Positions 19,500 through 30,701 of a stretch of 64,000 nt of DNA are shown in pieces. Under the pieces are notes generated by a model that ran no database searches, had not been told where the DNA came from, and worked only from the letters and a program-made list of their open reading frames with translations. Position 1 is the first letter of the stretch, and the number at the start of each line of letters is the position of its first letter. The position numbers and the translations under genes were made by a program. Source of the stretch: an uncultured Acidobacteriota bacterium (GTDB lineage Bacteria; Acidobacteriota; Terriglobia; UBA7540); NCBI GenBank assembly GCA_963804995.1, contig CAWDSK010000005.1:960001-1024000 (forward strand), read 5' to 3'.

Positions 19500-20102
19500 A
19501 TGAAAGCAACGGATTTCAATCTTGCGAAGGACCTGAAGTTTGACCTTCAAACCGGGATGACCACTCACCAAAGCAGCCGGCTGGTTATCCTGGATGCCAA
19601 CTCGATGGGCCTGCTACGGCAGAAGTTGCTGGAGAAGTTGGGATGGGAAAAGGCACGCGAACTGTTTCTCAAGTTCGGCTATCAGAATGGTTATGCCGAT
19701 TTCCTGCAAATGAAGCTGGCCTATAAATTCGACTCGGAAATGGACCTGCTCGCTTCCGGCCCGGTCATCCATACCTGGGAAGGTATTGTCCAAGCCACCC
19801 CAAAAGAAATCCGCTTTGACCGGAGCACCGGGGAATTCTTTTTCACGGGAGTGTGGTCAAACTCCTATGAAGCAGAGCAGTTTCTATGTTTCAACCAACC
19901 GGCAGCCGAGGCCGCCTGCTGGTCACTCGTGGGCTATGCCTCCGGGTGGTCCACGGCATTTTTCGGAAAACGTTTGTTGGCCCTTGAGCCGCGGTGCGTC
20001 GGCAAAGGGGACGATCACTGCGAATGGAAGATCCAACCGGAATCGGCTTGGGGCAAGGAAGCCGATCCCTATGTCGAAGCGTACAGGGAATTCCCTGTTT
20101 GA
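19500..20102 (+). CDS. Stand-alone XylR-N / V4R ligand-binding protein
   Basis: LL.SGP.IHTWEG, WSNSYEAE, CW...GYASGW, E..C...GDDHC. Confidence 0.88.
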   Translation: MKATDFNLAKDLKFDLQTGMTTHQSSRLVILDANSMGLLRQKLLEKLGWEKARELFLKFGYQNGYADFLQMKLAYKFDSEMDLLASGPVIHTWEGIVQATPKEIRFDRSTGEFFFTGVWSNSYEAEQFLCFNQPAAEAACWSLVGYASGWSTAFFGKRLLALEPRCVGKGDDHCEWKIQPESAWGKEADPYVEAYREFPV

Positions 20103-20112
20103 GGAGTCTACT

Positions 20113-20304
20113 ATGGCAGCGAAACTCATGCAGTACTATCAATATATTTCCGACCAGGCGGGCGCCATGGGCAGGACCCAGCTCGCCATGAAAACCAAAG
20201 TCCCATCCACCAAAGCGGCAATGGAGCCAGACACGCCCGAAGCGATTCAGAGATTCATGGTGGCGGTGCGGGAAATCACCGGCAAGCCAGCGCCTGCATT
20301 GTAA
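20113..20304 (+). CDS. Small hypothetical protein (63 aa)
   Basis: GAGGAG upstream; MAAKLMQYYQYI...REITGKPAPAL; operonic spacing after V4R. Confidence 0.7.
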   Translation: MAAKLMQYYQYISDQAGAMGRTQLAMKTKVPSTKAAMEPDTPEAIQRFMVAVREITGKPAPAL

Positions 20305-20601
20305 TGAGCTTCATCTTCAGAGGGTTGGCGGATAGTGAGCACACCGACCGGCCAGGGAATTTGGAATTGGCCGCCGAGACAGGCGCCCGCCCAGATCAAT
20401 CATTTGAAGGATGAGAGCAAGATGAAAAGAGGAACCCATGGAGAGCACGGTACAAAACGTGCCGTGACAGAGCGCCCTGACGTTGTTGAGGAGGCCCACC
20501 GCTTACTCAGCGCAGCATCCGAAGGGCGGCTAACGTAGTCCTGCAAACGGGAACTGATTTCAGTTCTTTCGTGATGGGAAAGAAATCGAAGGGAGATCAT
20601 C

Positions 20602-20991
20602 ATGTACAAAATAGAAAAGCGGCCCTCCGCCTTTGTCCTGACCTTTGGAGGGAATATTAATAGGGAAGAGATGGACAAGTGGTGTTCCGATTCCCGCGGG
20701 CAGCTCGCTGGGACATCGGCCCCGTTTGGCGTGTTGGTCGACATGCGCGACCTCAAGCCCCTGGCGGCAGACGCCCAAGAAGCTATGGTTCGTGGCCAGA
20801 AGCTTTACAAGGAAGCGGGCATGCAGCGCTCGGCCGTGATCCTAAAAAACGCCGTTATCACATTGCAATTCCGCCGCCTGGCGAAAGAGTCCGGCATCGA
20901 TGCCTGGGAGCGATACATCGATGCATCATCTGAGCCGAAGTGGGAGGAAAAGGCGTTGAGCTGGATCAAGTCCGGCATTGACCCCAGCTAG
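20602..20991 (+). CDS. STAS/SEC14-like hypothetical protein
   Basis: GGAG upstream; FGVLVDMRDLKP...GMQRSAVI. Confidence 0.7.
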   Translation: MYKIEKRPSAFVLTFGGNINREEMDKWCSDSRGQLAGTSAPFGVLVDMRDLKPLAADAQEAMVRGQKLYKEAGMQRSAVILKNAVITLQFRRLAKESGIDAWERYIDASSEPKWEEKALSWIKSGIDPS

Positions 20992-21777
20992 GCAGCGTAG
21001 TCTGGACTGATCCGGAGTGGGGTTCGGTCTCCGTCGTCATGGGCAGCCATCGACCCCTATGGAAGACTCTCGCGCCATTAGGCGAGATGCCGATTTGACA
21101 GGCCGAATTTGGAAGCCGATGGCCCAGGAGCTTCAAAAAAAGGAAGGGGGTCCTTCTCTCGAAAAACGTACGGGAGCGCACCAAATAAGACGCCTCGCCC
21201 GCCGGCGGGGCTCTTACTGAGCGTTAAACGTCGAAGAGTGCCCTTAGGTATTCTTATGCTTGGAGAAGAAGGTGATGAAGAGCGTGCCATGCCGATACCC
21301 CCTTCGGCGGATTCTCCCCGCATGGACAGCCCGAATTCTTAATGCGTTTCGGTGTCCTGTTGAGGCATTATAATGCCAGTCCGCGTTGAAAGCGACGCGG
21401 GTGGACCTATCCAAGACGGACCACAACAGGCTCGGCAATCGTGCGGCGATTCGGAAGCCGACACCCTACTTCCTGCAGGACTTGTTCACGTGACATTAAC
21501 AGCAAGCACAGAGTGCACCTGTTTTGTAGGTCCGCGGCTTTTCGCGCTCGCAAGCGCGCGCCCATTCGGTTCACTATTGCCTCCGCACGGCATCGCGCGC
21601 GGTTTGTGCCACGGCCGACCTGCCCCGATGCATCGGGGTCTTGGCCGTGCCACTTTTGCGGTGTTGGTTCCTTTATGACCGCGACAGCTAAGAGCCGTGA
21701 CGTGTGACGCGTGACAAGTGGCGAGCAAGGGCCGAAGTTCGAGGTCGGGCACCCAATCACCGGATCGGCGGCAGCTA

Positions 21778-21814
21778 TTGACAGCACCCGTGTGGTGAGA
21801 TACATTGTATCTCA
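21778..21814 (+). promoter_or_regulatory. dinJ-yafQ promoter and operator
   Basis: TTGACA-17 bp-TACATT; perfect palindrome TGAGATACA-T-TGTATCTCA at 21796-21814. Confidence 0.75.
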
Positions 21815-21830
21815 GTGAGGTTCGAATCTT

Positions 21831-22085
21831 ATGGCGACGACGATGGTGCATATTCGGGTAGACGAGAAGGTGAAGCAACGGGCGGCAAAAACCCTGTCGG
21901 ACATGGGCATGTCCGTGTCTGACGCGGTCCGCATCTTGCTGGTTCGGGTGGCCGCAGAGAAGGCCCTGCCCTTCGAGGTGAAGGTTCCCAATAGAACTAC
22001 GGTGAAGGCGATGGAGGCGGCGGATCGAGCGAAGGGGAAGCGCTTCAAGTCTGCCGGCGCCCTGTTTAAGGACTTGGGAATTTGA
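21831..22085 (+). CDS. dinJ: RelB/DinJ-family antitoxin
   Basis: VHIRVDEKVK..A...L...GMSVSDAVR......LPF...PN..T. Confidence 0.9.
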   Translation: MATTMVHIRVDEKVKQRAAKTLSDMGMSVSDAVRILLVRVAAEKALPFEVKVPNRTTVKAMEAADRAKGKRFKSAGALFKDLGI

Positions 22086-22354
22086 GCGCCCGTAACCTGA
22101 TTAGCGGTACGCAATTCCGCCGTGACGTCAAACTAGCCCAGCGGCGGGGCAAAGATATGTCGAAGCTGCGCGAGCTGATCTTGCTGCTGACTGAAGGGAA
22201 CCCGCTCCCACCCCAGTACAAAGACCATCCACTCGCCGGAGAATGGAAACACCACTGCGACTGTCACCTGGAACCTGATTGGCTGCTGATCTACAAGATC
22301 GACGGTAACGCTCTGTACTTGGTCCGCACCGGCACCCATTCGGATTTGTTCTAA
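22082..22354 (+). CDS. yafQ: YafQ-family mRNA interferase toxin
   Basis: DHPLAGEW...DCHLEPDWLLIY...RTGTHSDLF. Confidence 0.92.
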   Translation: MSARNLISGTQFRRDVKLAQRRGKDMSKLRELILLLTEGNPLPPQYKDHPLAGEWKHHCDCHLEPDWLLIYKIDGNALYLVRTGTHSDLF

Positions 22355-22432
22355 CCGTCGGGCCAGGAGCAAGCGTAGCGCGGGCTTGTTCGTTGGGTCC
22401 GCGGCCTTAGCCGCGCGCCAGCGCTCCCCCGT

Positions 22433-22750
22433 TCGGTTTACTATTGCCTCCGCACGGTATAGCCCGCACTTTGTGCCACGGCCGACCTGCCCCGATGCGT
22501 CGGGGTCCTGACCGTGACCCTTCACGAGCGGGAGAAGCTGTGAAAAAATAGATAATCTCGCGCAGAGCCGCTGCGGCGCAGAGATTTTAAGCAAATAACT
22601 GATTTGTTTTCTTTGGGGCCTCCGCGCCTCTGCGTCTCTGCGCGAGGTGCTTTTGCTCGTTCAGGGATTTTTTCACGGCTTCGGACGCCCGTGGCACTTT
22701 TCTCGGACAATTCGTTGCCCGCATTGCATTTTTGGGCTACCGGTAGCCCA
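22433..22750. repeat. Second copy of the composite repeat (MITE 22534-22682, GGA duplication)
   Basis: Direct repeat of 13685-13993. Confidence 0.85.
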
Positions 22751-22906
22751 GTTTAGGGACTCGCGATGGGTAGTCTGGGCCCTCTACCAAGCCCCTGGAC
22801 TCAGCCAAAGAAAGTGCGCTGGAACCCGTCGGGGGGTGTATAGTGCGGGGCGGTTGGGAGCCAAAAGGGGAATTCCGGCTCAGAACCCTTCGAAAGGAGC
22901 AACCCA

Positions 22907-24238
22907 ATGTTTTTGATCAAACACGGTCCCGCCCGTTTTCTGGTTGCATGCCTGACAGCTTGGGCGCTTATGGGTGTGGTGGCATGTTCAAATTCTCAGA
23001 CCGGCAAGAAACAGCCTTTGGTGGTCACGGTCGGTCACGACAACGCCGACGTGATTGGCGATGACAACGTCGCCATTCAAAAAGCCATCGACCGGGTGGC
23101 AGCCGCAGGAGGAGGAGTTGTCCGGATAAAAGCTGGCACTTACATCTTCTCCAACTGGGTGCGCCTGGCCAGTCATATGACCCTGGAGGGAGAAGGCGCC
23201 GACAAGACGATTCTCAAGAAGGGTCCGCGCGTGGAAAGCCGGGTGACGGTCGATGCCGACTCCACCGAAGCGGAGGCCACGGTCGAGGACGCGAGCGCGT
23301 TCAAGCCCGGCATGGGCGTCGTGGTCTTTGACAACCACCTCTGGTGCCGGTATCCCTATGTGCGGACCGTTTTGCGCATCGAGGGCTCCAGGCTCATCTT
23401 TGACGACATTCTCGAGGTCGACCATGCCGCCGCCCAGTCCGCCATGGCCAGCAACTGTTTTCCGCTGATTGCCGGCATCAATGTGGAAGATGACCAGGTC
23501 CGCAACCTTACCGTCGAGGGCAATCGGACGGGGAAGGAGCCCGCTGTCGAAGCCCATTTGGTCGATCCCAGCGCGCTCCTCTTTTACGGTTCCAAAAAGT
23601 TCAGCATTCGCGGGGTCGTAGCGCGCAATTTCGCGGGCGATGGCATCAGCGCATGGTACGCGGAAGATCCCACCATCGAGGATTGCGAGAGTTATGGCAA
23701 CACCGGTTTGGGCATCCACTTGGGGAGCAGGGCCCTGCGCGGCCAGGTTCGACACAACCGCAGCCACAACAACCACTCGGACGGAATCTATCTATGTTGG
23801 GGCGTGCAAGGCGGCAGATGGGAAGAGAACGAGTCCATCGCGAACGACGGCGACGGAATTTCGATCGGCCACAAGGACACGGACAACATTTTCATCAAGA
23901 ACGTGGTGCGTGAGAACGGCAAGGCGGGCGTCTACTTCCGCGACGATCCGGAAAGCACCGCCGGGCACCGCAACAGTTTGCGCGAGAACATCATCGAAAA
24001 CAATGGTTGCCTTTCCCACCCCGGGTATGGCGTTCGCATTGACGGGGCCACGCAGCACATCGAACTGATTGCGAACACCATTCGCGAAACCCGAACGGGA
24101 GCCCAGGCGCGCCAGAACGTTGGCCTCTATATTGGGCCGCGGGCCGGGTACGTGGTCGCCACGCAAAACGAGTTTGCAGGAGCCATGCAGAAGAAAATTG
24201 AGGACAAATCCACGGGCGGCCACAACAAGCTCGATTAG
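22907..24238 (+). CDS. Right-handed parallel beta-helix (pectate lyase-like) lipoprotein
   Basis: VVAC lipobox; AIQKAID...GGGVVRIKAGTY; repeated N..DGI turns. Confidence 0.85.
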   Translation: MFLIKHGPARFLVACLTAWALMGVVACSNSQTGKKQPLVVTVGHDNADVIGDDNVAIQKAIDRVAAAGGGVVRIKAGTYIFSNWVRLASHMTLEGEGADKTILKKGPRVESRVTVDADSTEAEATVEDASAFKPGMGVVVFDNHLWCRYPYVRTVLRIEGSRLIFDDILEVDHAAAQSAMASNCFPLIAGINVEDDQVRNLTVEGNRTGKEPAVEAHLVDPSALLFYGSKKFSIRGVVARNFAGDGISAWYAEDPTIEDCESYGNTGLGIHLGSRALRGQVRHNRSHNNHSDGIYLCWGVQGGRWEENESIANDGDGISIGHKDTDNIFIKNVVRENGKAGVYFRDDPESTAGHRNSLRENIIENNGCLSHPGYGVRIDGATQHIELIANTIRETRTGAQARQNVGLYIGPRAGYVVATQNEFAGAMQKKIEDKSTGGHNKLD

Positions 24239-24243
24239 AAAGC

Positions 24244-26580
24244 TCACCCGCGGGCCTCACTCAACCAGTCGAAGATGGCCTCCTCCATGGCGGGCGTGAA
24301 AGAGTTGAACGCCAGGGGCGTTTGGAACTGGAGGGCGTTTTCATTCCCCAGGCGCGCATAGACTTTCCTGGCCTGTTCAACCTGCAATTGCACGTCGGCG
24401 ACCGGCGCGTAGCGATCGAGGCTGGGTGCGATGATCAAGGTGCGGCGCGGAGCAACGGCGGCCAACACATCGTCAAAATCAAAGGGCAGGCGGCTTTCCT
24501 CGCCAACAAAGAATCCGAGGCGGGGCAGCAGTCCGTGCAGGTGCGAGTACTGCCGTACGCCTTCAGTGCCCTTCTCGGCCGTGCTCAGGCGCAAAGGATC
24601 GACGCCGCAGACCGCCGCGACGCCTTTGACCCGGTCATCCAAAGCGGCGGTTATCAGTCCCACCTTGGCCCCCAGCGCGTACCCCACCAGGTAGATCCGC
24701 GAGGAATCCACTGCCTCTAGCGTCGCAATCGCATCCAGCGCGGTCCGGGTGTCCGTAACCATTTTTCCCAGCAAGGACCATTTCGGGTAGCGCTGGTAGA
24801 AATAGCGCGCATCGCGGACGCGAGTGCCGAAGCCTATCTGGTCAAAGGCGAGAACCGCAAATCCCCGCTTGGTCAGGGCGGCAAAAAACGGTTGGGTGTA
24901 GCGCGAATAGCCGGTGGCATACGCGTAAGGGTGTATCCAAACCACCACCGGCCAGTTGCTCCCCTGGGGTGAGCCGTTCGCGCCGACGGGGAAATAGAAG
25001 TTGGCCGCGAGATCGTCTCCATAGTCCAGGTCAACCTCTCCCATCGACGAGTTCTGGAAGGGGCGGTCGAGCAGCAGGGAAATCCATCCCGCATCCGCCA
25101 TGACCTCGCCCTTGAGCTCATGGCGGGCAGGGAAGCGAACGCCGGCGGGTTCTTCCCCCATTGCCCAGTTAATTTTCTGAAGGATGCCCTGCCGGGTCGC
25201 GTCGCTCCATTCGGCCGCGAGGTCGCGTTGACCGATGGCCGGGAACTTTGACGGGTCAACGGTCTCGCCCGTGAGTTTTTTCCAGCGATCAAAGGTGTAA
25301 CCGTTGACCCAGGGTTCGCGCCGAGGATAGGTTCCCCGGCCGAAGAGGGTATCGAGGAAATCACAAAAGATTTCGATGTCTCCCGCGGTGGTGGAATGTT
25401 CGCCGTCGCGCAGATTCAACCAGACCTTATCCTCGTGTCCAAGAAATCGGTAGACTTTCTGGACCGCTGGAAAGGCCTGTTCAAAGCCAAAAGGATTTCC
25501 TTGGTGCTCCGCGTAACCGGAGTACATCATGAGCCCGCGCGGGGCTACCATGGCCAGCAGAGCATGCTGGTCCACGGGAAGTTTGTGCTCCCGGCCCGCA
25601 AAAAAACGCAGGCGAGGATGAAACCAATGGGGGAAGACGCCGGTGATCTGCTCGATACTCTCGTTCGCGAACATGTCGGTGGTGTAGCGCCAGGGGTCGC
25701 ACTCGCCAGTATTGCCGCTGGAGGCGATGACGGCGGCAATGCGGTCGTCGAATGCCGCGGCCAGCAGGGCTTGTTTGCCATTCCGCGAGTGGCCGGTTAT
25801 GGCGATCTTCCGTTTGTCAACCTCGGGCAGGGTTTGCAAGTAGTCGATGGTGCGCATGCCGGCCCACGCCCAGCGCGCCAGGCAGGAAAAGTCATACTGC
25901 GGATAAACGTCGATGAATTTGTCCGAGTCATCGGCCGGGCCGAAAATCGGGTCGGTGGCAAAATAGATGCAGCCTATGTAGCCACGCCGCACTGCCGTCG
26001 CCACCCACGGCCAGGTGCGTGGATGGTTGGTGAGGAATACCGGAAACGGCCCCTTCCCCGGTGGGATGATCAACTGCACCCGCAAGGTGGCGCGGTGGTC
26101 AGGACCGAATTCGAGGCGCACATTCCTGATGGTCAGCTTGCCGTCGGTCTCGGTTCCCGTGATCACCCCGCGAAGGTTGTCAGGCGGGGGTGGCATTTTT
26201 CCAACAACCCATTGCTCATATTGGGCGCGAATCTGCTGGCGCTTCTGTTGCCATCGTTCAGGAGTCCGGACACCTTCGAGCAGGTCAGCCAGGAAGGGTT
26301 GGGACGGCATAGCGTCGAAATCCGGCGGCAGCTCGCCGGTGCGCTGGAGCCAATCTTCCCACGATTTGTCGTAGGCGTTAATCCTTCCCTCATCGAATTG
26401 CGGTTGGCGATGGGGAAGAATCTTGAGAAGCGCCTGGAGTATTTCGCGGCGTTTGTCCATTGCGTCCATGGCTACCGCCGTGGCATGGGGATGGGCATGG
26501 GCATCCGCCGCGAGCGCTGACGCACTGGCGGCCATCGTGGCGGTCTGCGTGATGAATTCTCAACGTGTGATTCCTGCCAT
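24244..26580 (-). CDS. Double alpha/beta hydrolase (CE15 glucuronyl-esterase-like domain plus a second hydrolase domain); stop codon in the Tat leader
   Basis: GHSRNGK nucleophile motif and LPVDQH; second domain GYALG; upstream in-frame MAGITR*EF; the open frame resumes at ATG 26535. Confidence 0.8.
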
Positions 26581-26751
26581 ATCTTTATGATCCTTTCAAT
26601 GCTTGAAGCCCGGATTTCCCCTGATGCGAATCAGGATCTCCATGCTGGCATCATGACCCGCCGCAGTATACAACTGTGTGCCGTCAAAAAGACACCGTCG
26701 TTCCACATGGCCAGCACGCAGACAGGTTCGTTTTAAGGGAGGATGCGGAGT

Positions 26752-27576
26752 TCAGTGCGTCATTGCGTAGATGACGTAATTCACGCCGATGCGGATTCCC
26801 ATATCAGAAAATTTCTGCGGATAGCGCGGATCACCCGCCCATTCCCAGGAGTCGCCCACATCCGAATTGTAGGTGATCGCCACCATGATGCGGCCCTGGT
26901 CGTCGTAAATGCCGCGCCAGTGCGGCTCGATGCCGTCAAGCTTGTGACCCTCGCGCAAGTGCTCGGCGCCCACAATCTGGAACCGGTCATCCAGATCGAA
27001 AACCGTATGGAAAATGGGGTCGGTGTTGGGGATTTCCACGATGGGGCGGTCCGGGAAAACCAGCTTCATGCTCCGTTCGAACACCTCCCATTCCAGGGTT
27101 CCGTGGAAATCGTCGGCCATGAAAAAACCGCCGCGCAGCAGGTATTCGCGCAACACTTTCGCCTGCGCTGCGGTCAAGCCCCATTCGCCTGTCTGGACGG
27201 CATAAAGCCAGGGCCAGTTGAAAACTTCGTCCCCATCATCCAGATTCACCGGTTGCTCAACGGAGCGCACCTGGAGGAGAGTCAGACGCCGGAGGGCTTG
27301 GGAAAAATTCCGATCCGCCATAGGATAATCCTGGGTCCAAAGGGAGAGCCCCTGGCGCCAGTCTCCATCAAAGCGGCCGCGATAGCCGTCATTGGGGCCC
27401 GGCGGATACATCAAGCGGGCGAAGGTCCACTCACCCTTCTCCTTCCAGTCCGGTGGCAACTGTACGTAGCCGTATTCTACGGAGGGATATTCCCGGAACG
27501 GGCGCTGGAATGCGTACAAGGCGCCGAGAAAAACCAACGCGCACCCTAATCCCCACACGGCCTTCATGATACACAT
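26752..27576 (-). CDS. DUF4159-domain protein
   Basis: DYP.AD, YLLRGGFFMADDF, N.DVGD.WE, G.NY..YAMTH. Confidence 0.85.
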   Translation of the reverse strand: MCIMKAVWGLGCALVFLGALYAFQRPFREYPSVEYGYVQLPPDWKEKGEWTFARLMYPPGPNDGYRGRFDGDWRQGLSLWTQDYPMADRNFSQALRRLTLLQVRSVEQPVNLDDGDEVFNWPWLYAVQTGEWGLTAAQAKVLREYLLRGGFFMADDFHGTLEWEVFERSMKLVFPDRPIVEIPNTDPIFHTVFDLDDRFQIVGAEHLREGHKLDGIEPHWRGIYDDQGRIMVAITYNSDVGDSWEWAGDPRYPQKFSDMGIRIGVNYVIYAMTH

Positions 27577-28044
27577 GCCAGCCCGGAACTTCCGATTTCA
27601 ATTTTCGCCCCTATGTAAAACCATACGTCGGACGCCTTGCCGAATCAAGCTAGAATTGCCACGGCCTCAAAGGCGTTTGAATCTTGCCCGCGTCTGGAAT
27701 GAACTGCGGCCCATGGACCTGGGCGCGGCACTGCGTCCTTCTGTCACGGGGGCCGGAACCCTGGACTTCTGAAGTCTTTCCAACCCCAGAAAACACAGTA
27801 TTAAGGCACGTTGACTTGCGAACGGGTGGGGACTAACATGGCTTCCACCGGTGAACCTTGATGACGGGCGAGACGATTTCTGTTCGTGGATTCTGGAAAA
27901 CTGGCTGACAGTAGCGGGGGCTCGGTCGGGCGTTGGCATTCAAGTTGACAAGGGCAAGTTATGGGGCCACACACGTAGCGCCAGCCGCCGCGTCAACCCC
28001 GCGGGCAGCCGCCATCAGGACCCCTCATTCACCCGAGTACTCTC

Positions 28045-30679
28045 ATGGCTGAGCCCGGAATCCAGAAGCAGAAGAGTATGCTGGACTCCCGAGACCTGAC
28101 GGGGAAGACGGTGGGGCGATTTGTGGTCCGTGCCTTCTTGGGCGCGGGCGCGATGGGTGAAGTTTACCTCGCAGATGATTCCCGGCTGAAGCGCGCCGTG
28201 GCCTTGAAGCGACTGGCGCCGCATCTCCGTGCTGACCCGAGTTTTCGCCAGCGCTTCATGCAGGAAGCTGAACGCGCCTCCGCCCTGAACGACCCCCACA
28301 TTGCCCAGATTTATGATGTGTTCGAGGAGAGCGGTGAAGCCTATCTGGTCATGGAACACGTGGCGGGGGCAACGCTCCGCCATCGGCTGGAAAAGCCCGT
28401 CAGCATTGGCGAATTCCTGGAACTGGCCGTGCAGTGTGTCCGGGGGCTGGTGACGGCTCACGAAAAGGGCGTCCTGCATTGCGACCTCAAACCCGATAAC
28501 ATCATGCTGACCCCCACTGGGGGCGTGAAAGTTCTGGACTTTGGGGTCGCCAAGCGCTTGCCGAGCGCCGAACCCACCCAGGCAACCACCGTCGGCCACA
28601 GCAACGCCGGCATGTTGGTGGGAACACCCGCCTACATGTCCCCGGAGACTCTGCTTCTGAAGGAGCCCGACGCTCGCGCTGACATCTTTTCCTTGGGGGT
28701 TGTCTTCTACGAAATTCTGGCCGGCCGCAATCCTTTTTTGGCGGGCAGCGTGACGGGCACAAGCGACAGGATTCTGCATGAGTCTCCCCCATCTCTCACC
28801 CGGCTGAACCCGCTGGTTTCGAAGGAGCTCGAACTGGGTCATCCTCAAGATGCTTGCCAAGGACCCGGCGGAACGTTACCTGAGCGCGCGCGCCCTCCTG
28901 GACGACCTCGAAGCTCTCCGGGAAACTTCCCACCTCCCCGCCGCGTCTTCAGCGCGTCCCCGTCGGATGAACCATCGCTGGCGCGCTGCCCTGGCCGCCC
29001 TCAGCGCTGCGATGGTGTTGGGGCTGGCCGCCGCCTCGCCGTTTCTCCTGCGAAAATTCGGCCACCGCGTGGTCACCCCGGGCGTCCCGGCACGACAACA
29101 ACTGGCCGTGTTGCCATTTAACGTATTGGGCGGCGACGCTGAAACCACCGCCTTCGCCAAAGGTCTGGGTGAAACGTTAACCGCGCGGCTTACCCAACTC
29201 ACCCCCAACCATTCGCTCGATGTCGTGCCGACAAGTGAAGTCCGGGCCATCGGCGTTAATACCGTGCGCCAGGCGCGCGAGGAGTTTGGAGTGAATATCG
29301 GCCTGGAAGGCAGTCTGCAACGGTCCGGATCCATGGTGCGCGTGACCTACAGCCTGATTGACGCCAAGACGCTCCGCCAACTGCGCGGCGATGCCATTAC
29401 CGCCAGCGCGTCTGATCCCTTCGCCCTGGAAGACAAGGTGGCGGAAAGCGTGCTCCGCGCCCTGGAGGTTGAGCTCCAGCCGCAGGAACGGCGGGCCTTG
29501 GCGGCTCACGGCACCACCCAGCCGGCCGCCTTCGACTACTACCTCCAGGGGCGTGGATATTTACAAGATAACTTGAAGCCGGAAAATATCGATACTGCCA
29601 TTACCGTATTTAAACACGCCCTCGAAAAGGACCCCCATTACGGTCTGGCCTATGCTGGCCTGGGAGAAGCGTACGGATACAAATACTACTACACCAAGAA
29701 TAGCGCCTGGGTCGCCCTATCCCGGTCCGCTTGCTCGCAGGCGACCCAGTTGGCAGGAGACCAGGCCGAAGGGCATATCTGCCTGGGCGAAGTCTTTGCG
29801 CGGACCGGGGAATATGAAATGTCAGCAGAGCAGTTCCGCCGCGCGATTGAGGTGGATGCCACCAATGATTTGGCCTTTGCGGGCTTGGCGAAGGCTTACG
29901 AAGGGCTCGGAAACGAACGCGGGGCCGAGGAGACTTACCTTCGGGCCATCAGCCTTCGCCCGAATTATTCGGGAGGCTACAACGCCCTGGGAGGATTCTA
30001 TTTCGACCACGGTCGTTACGCCCAGGCCGCTACCGCGTTTCAGCGCATGGTGGCGCTTGCCCCCGACAGCTTTGTGGGATTCCAAAACCTGGGTGCAATT
30101 TACGTCCTCCAGGGCCGCTACGCCGAGGCTATCCCTGCCCTCGAGCGCTCAGCTTCCATCCGACCCACCGCCGGGGCAAGTTCCAATCTGGCTACCGCCT
30201 ACTTCGCGCTGCGACGCTATGCCGACGCGGCCCGTCTCTACGAGAATGCCGTGAAGCTGAGCGGCCAGGAATTCGAATTGTGGGGAAACCTCGGCGACGC
30301 ATATTACTGGGCGCCAGGCAGGCGCGACGAGGCCGCCGGCGCCTATCACCACGCTATTTCACTGGCTGACCGGGATTTGACGGTGAACCCCCGTGACTCG
30401 AAGACCCTGAGCTTCGCCGCCTACTATCACGCCATGCTGGGGGAGCAACCCGCAGCGCTCTCCACCCTGCGGCGAGCCCTGCAGGTGGATTCGCATAACG
30501 TGGAACTGCTATTTAACGCGGCGCTCATTTACAATCAACAGGGCGACACCGACCTGACGATCAATTGGTTGGAGAAGGCGCTTGCCGCCGGCTATCCGCC
30601 CGCCGCGGTTCGTCACACGCCGAACTTCGACGCGCTTCGCGACAATCCGCGTTTCCAGGCCCTAATGAAGAAATACTGA
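28045..30679 (+). CDS. Hanks-type Ser/Thr kinase / TolB-N-like / TPR protein (frameshift at about 28833)
   Basis: GAGAMGEV, VALK, HCDLKPDN, DFG, GTPAYMSPE; continues as MLAKDP..RY, TM helix, AVLPF, TPRs. Confidence 0.88.
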
Positions 30680-30701
30680 CTCCGCAAACAAGGAGGAATC
30701 T

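Noticed and set aside
27826..27860. tmRNA-like 5' end
   Set aside because: Only a loose resemblance; no matching T-arm and CCA 3' end seen.
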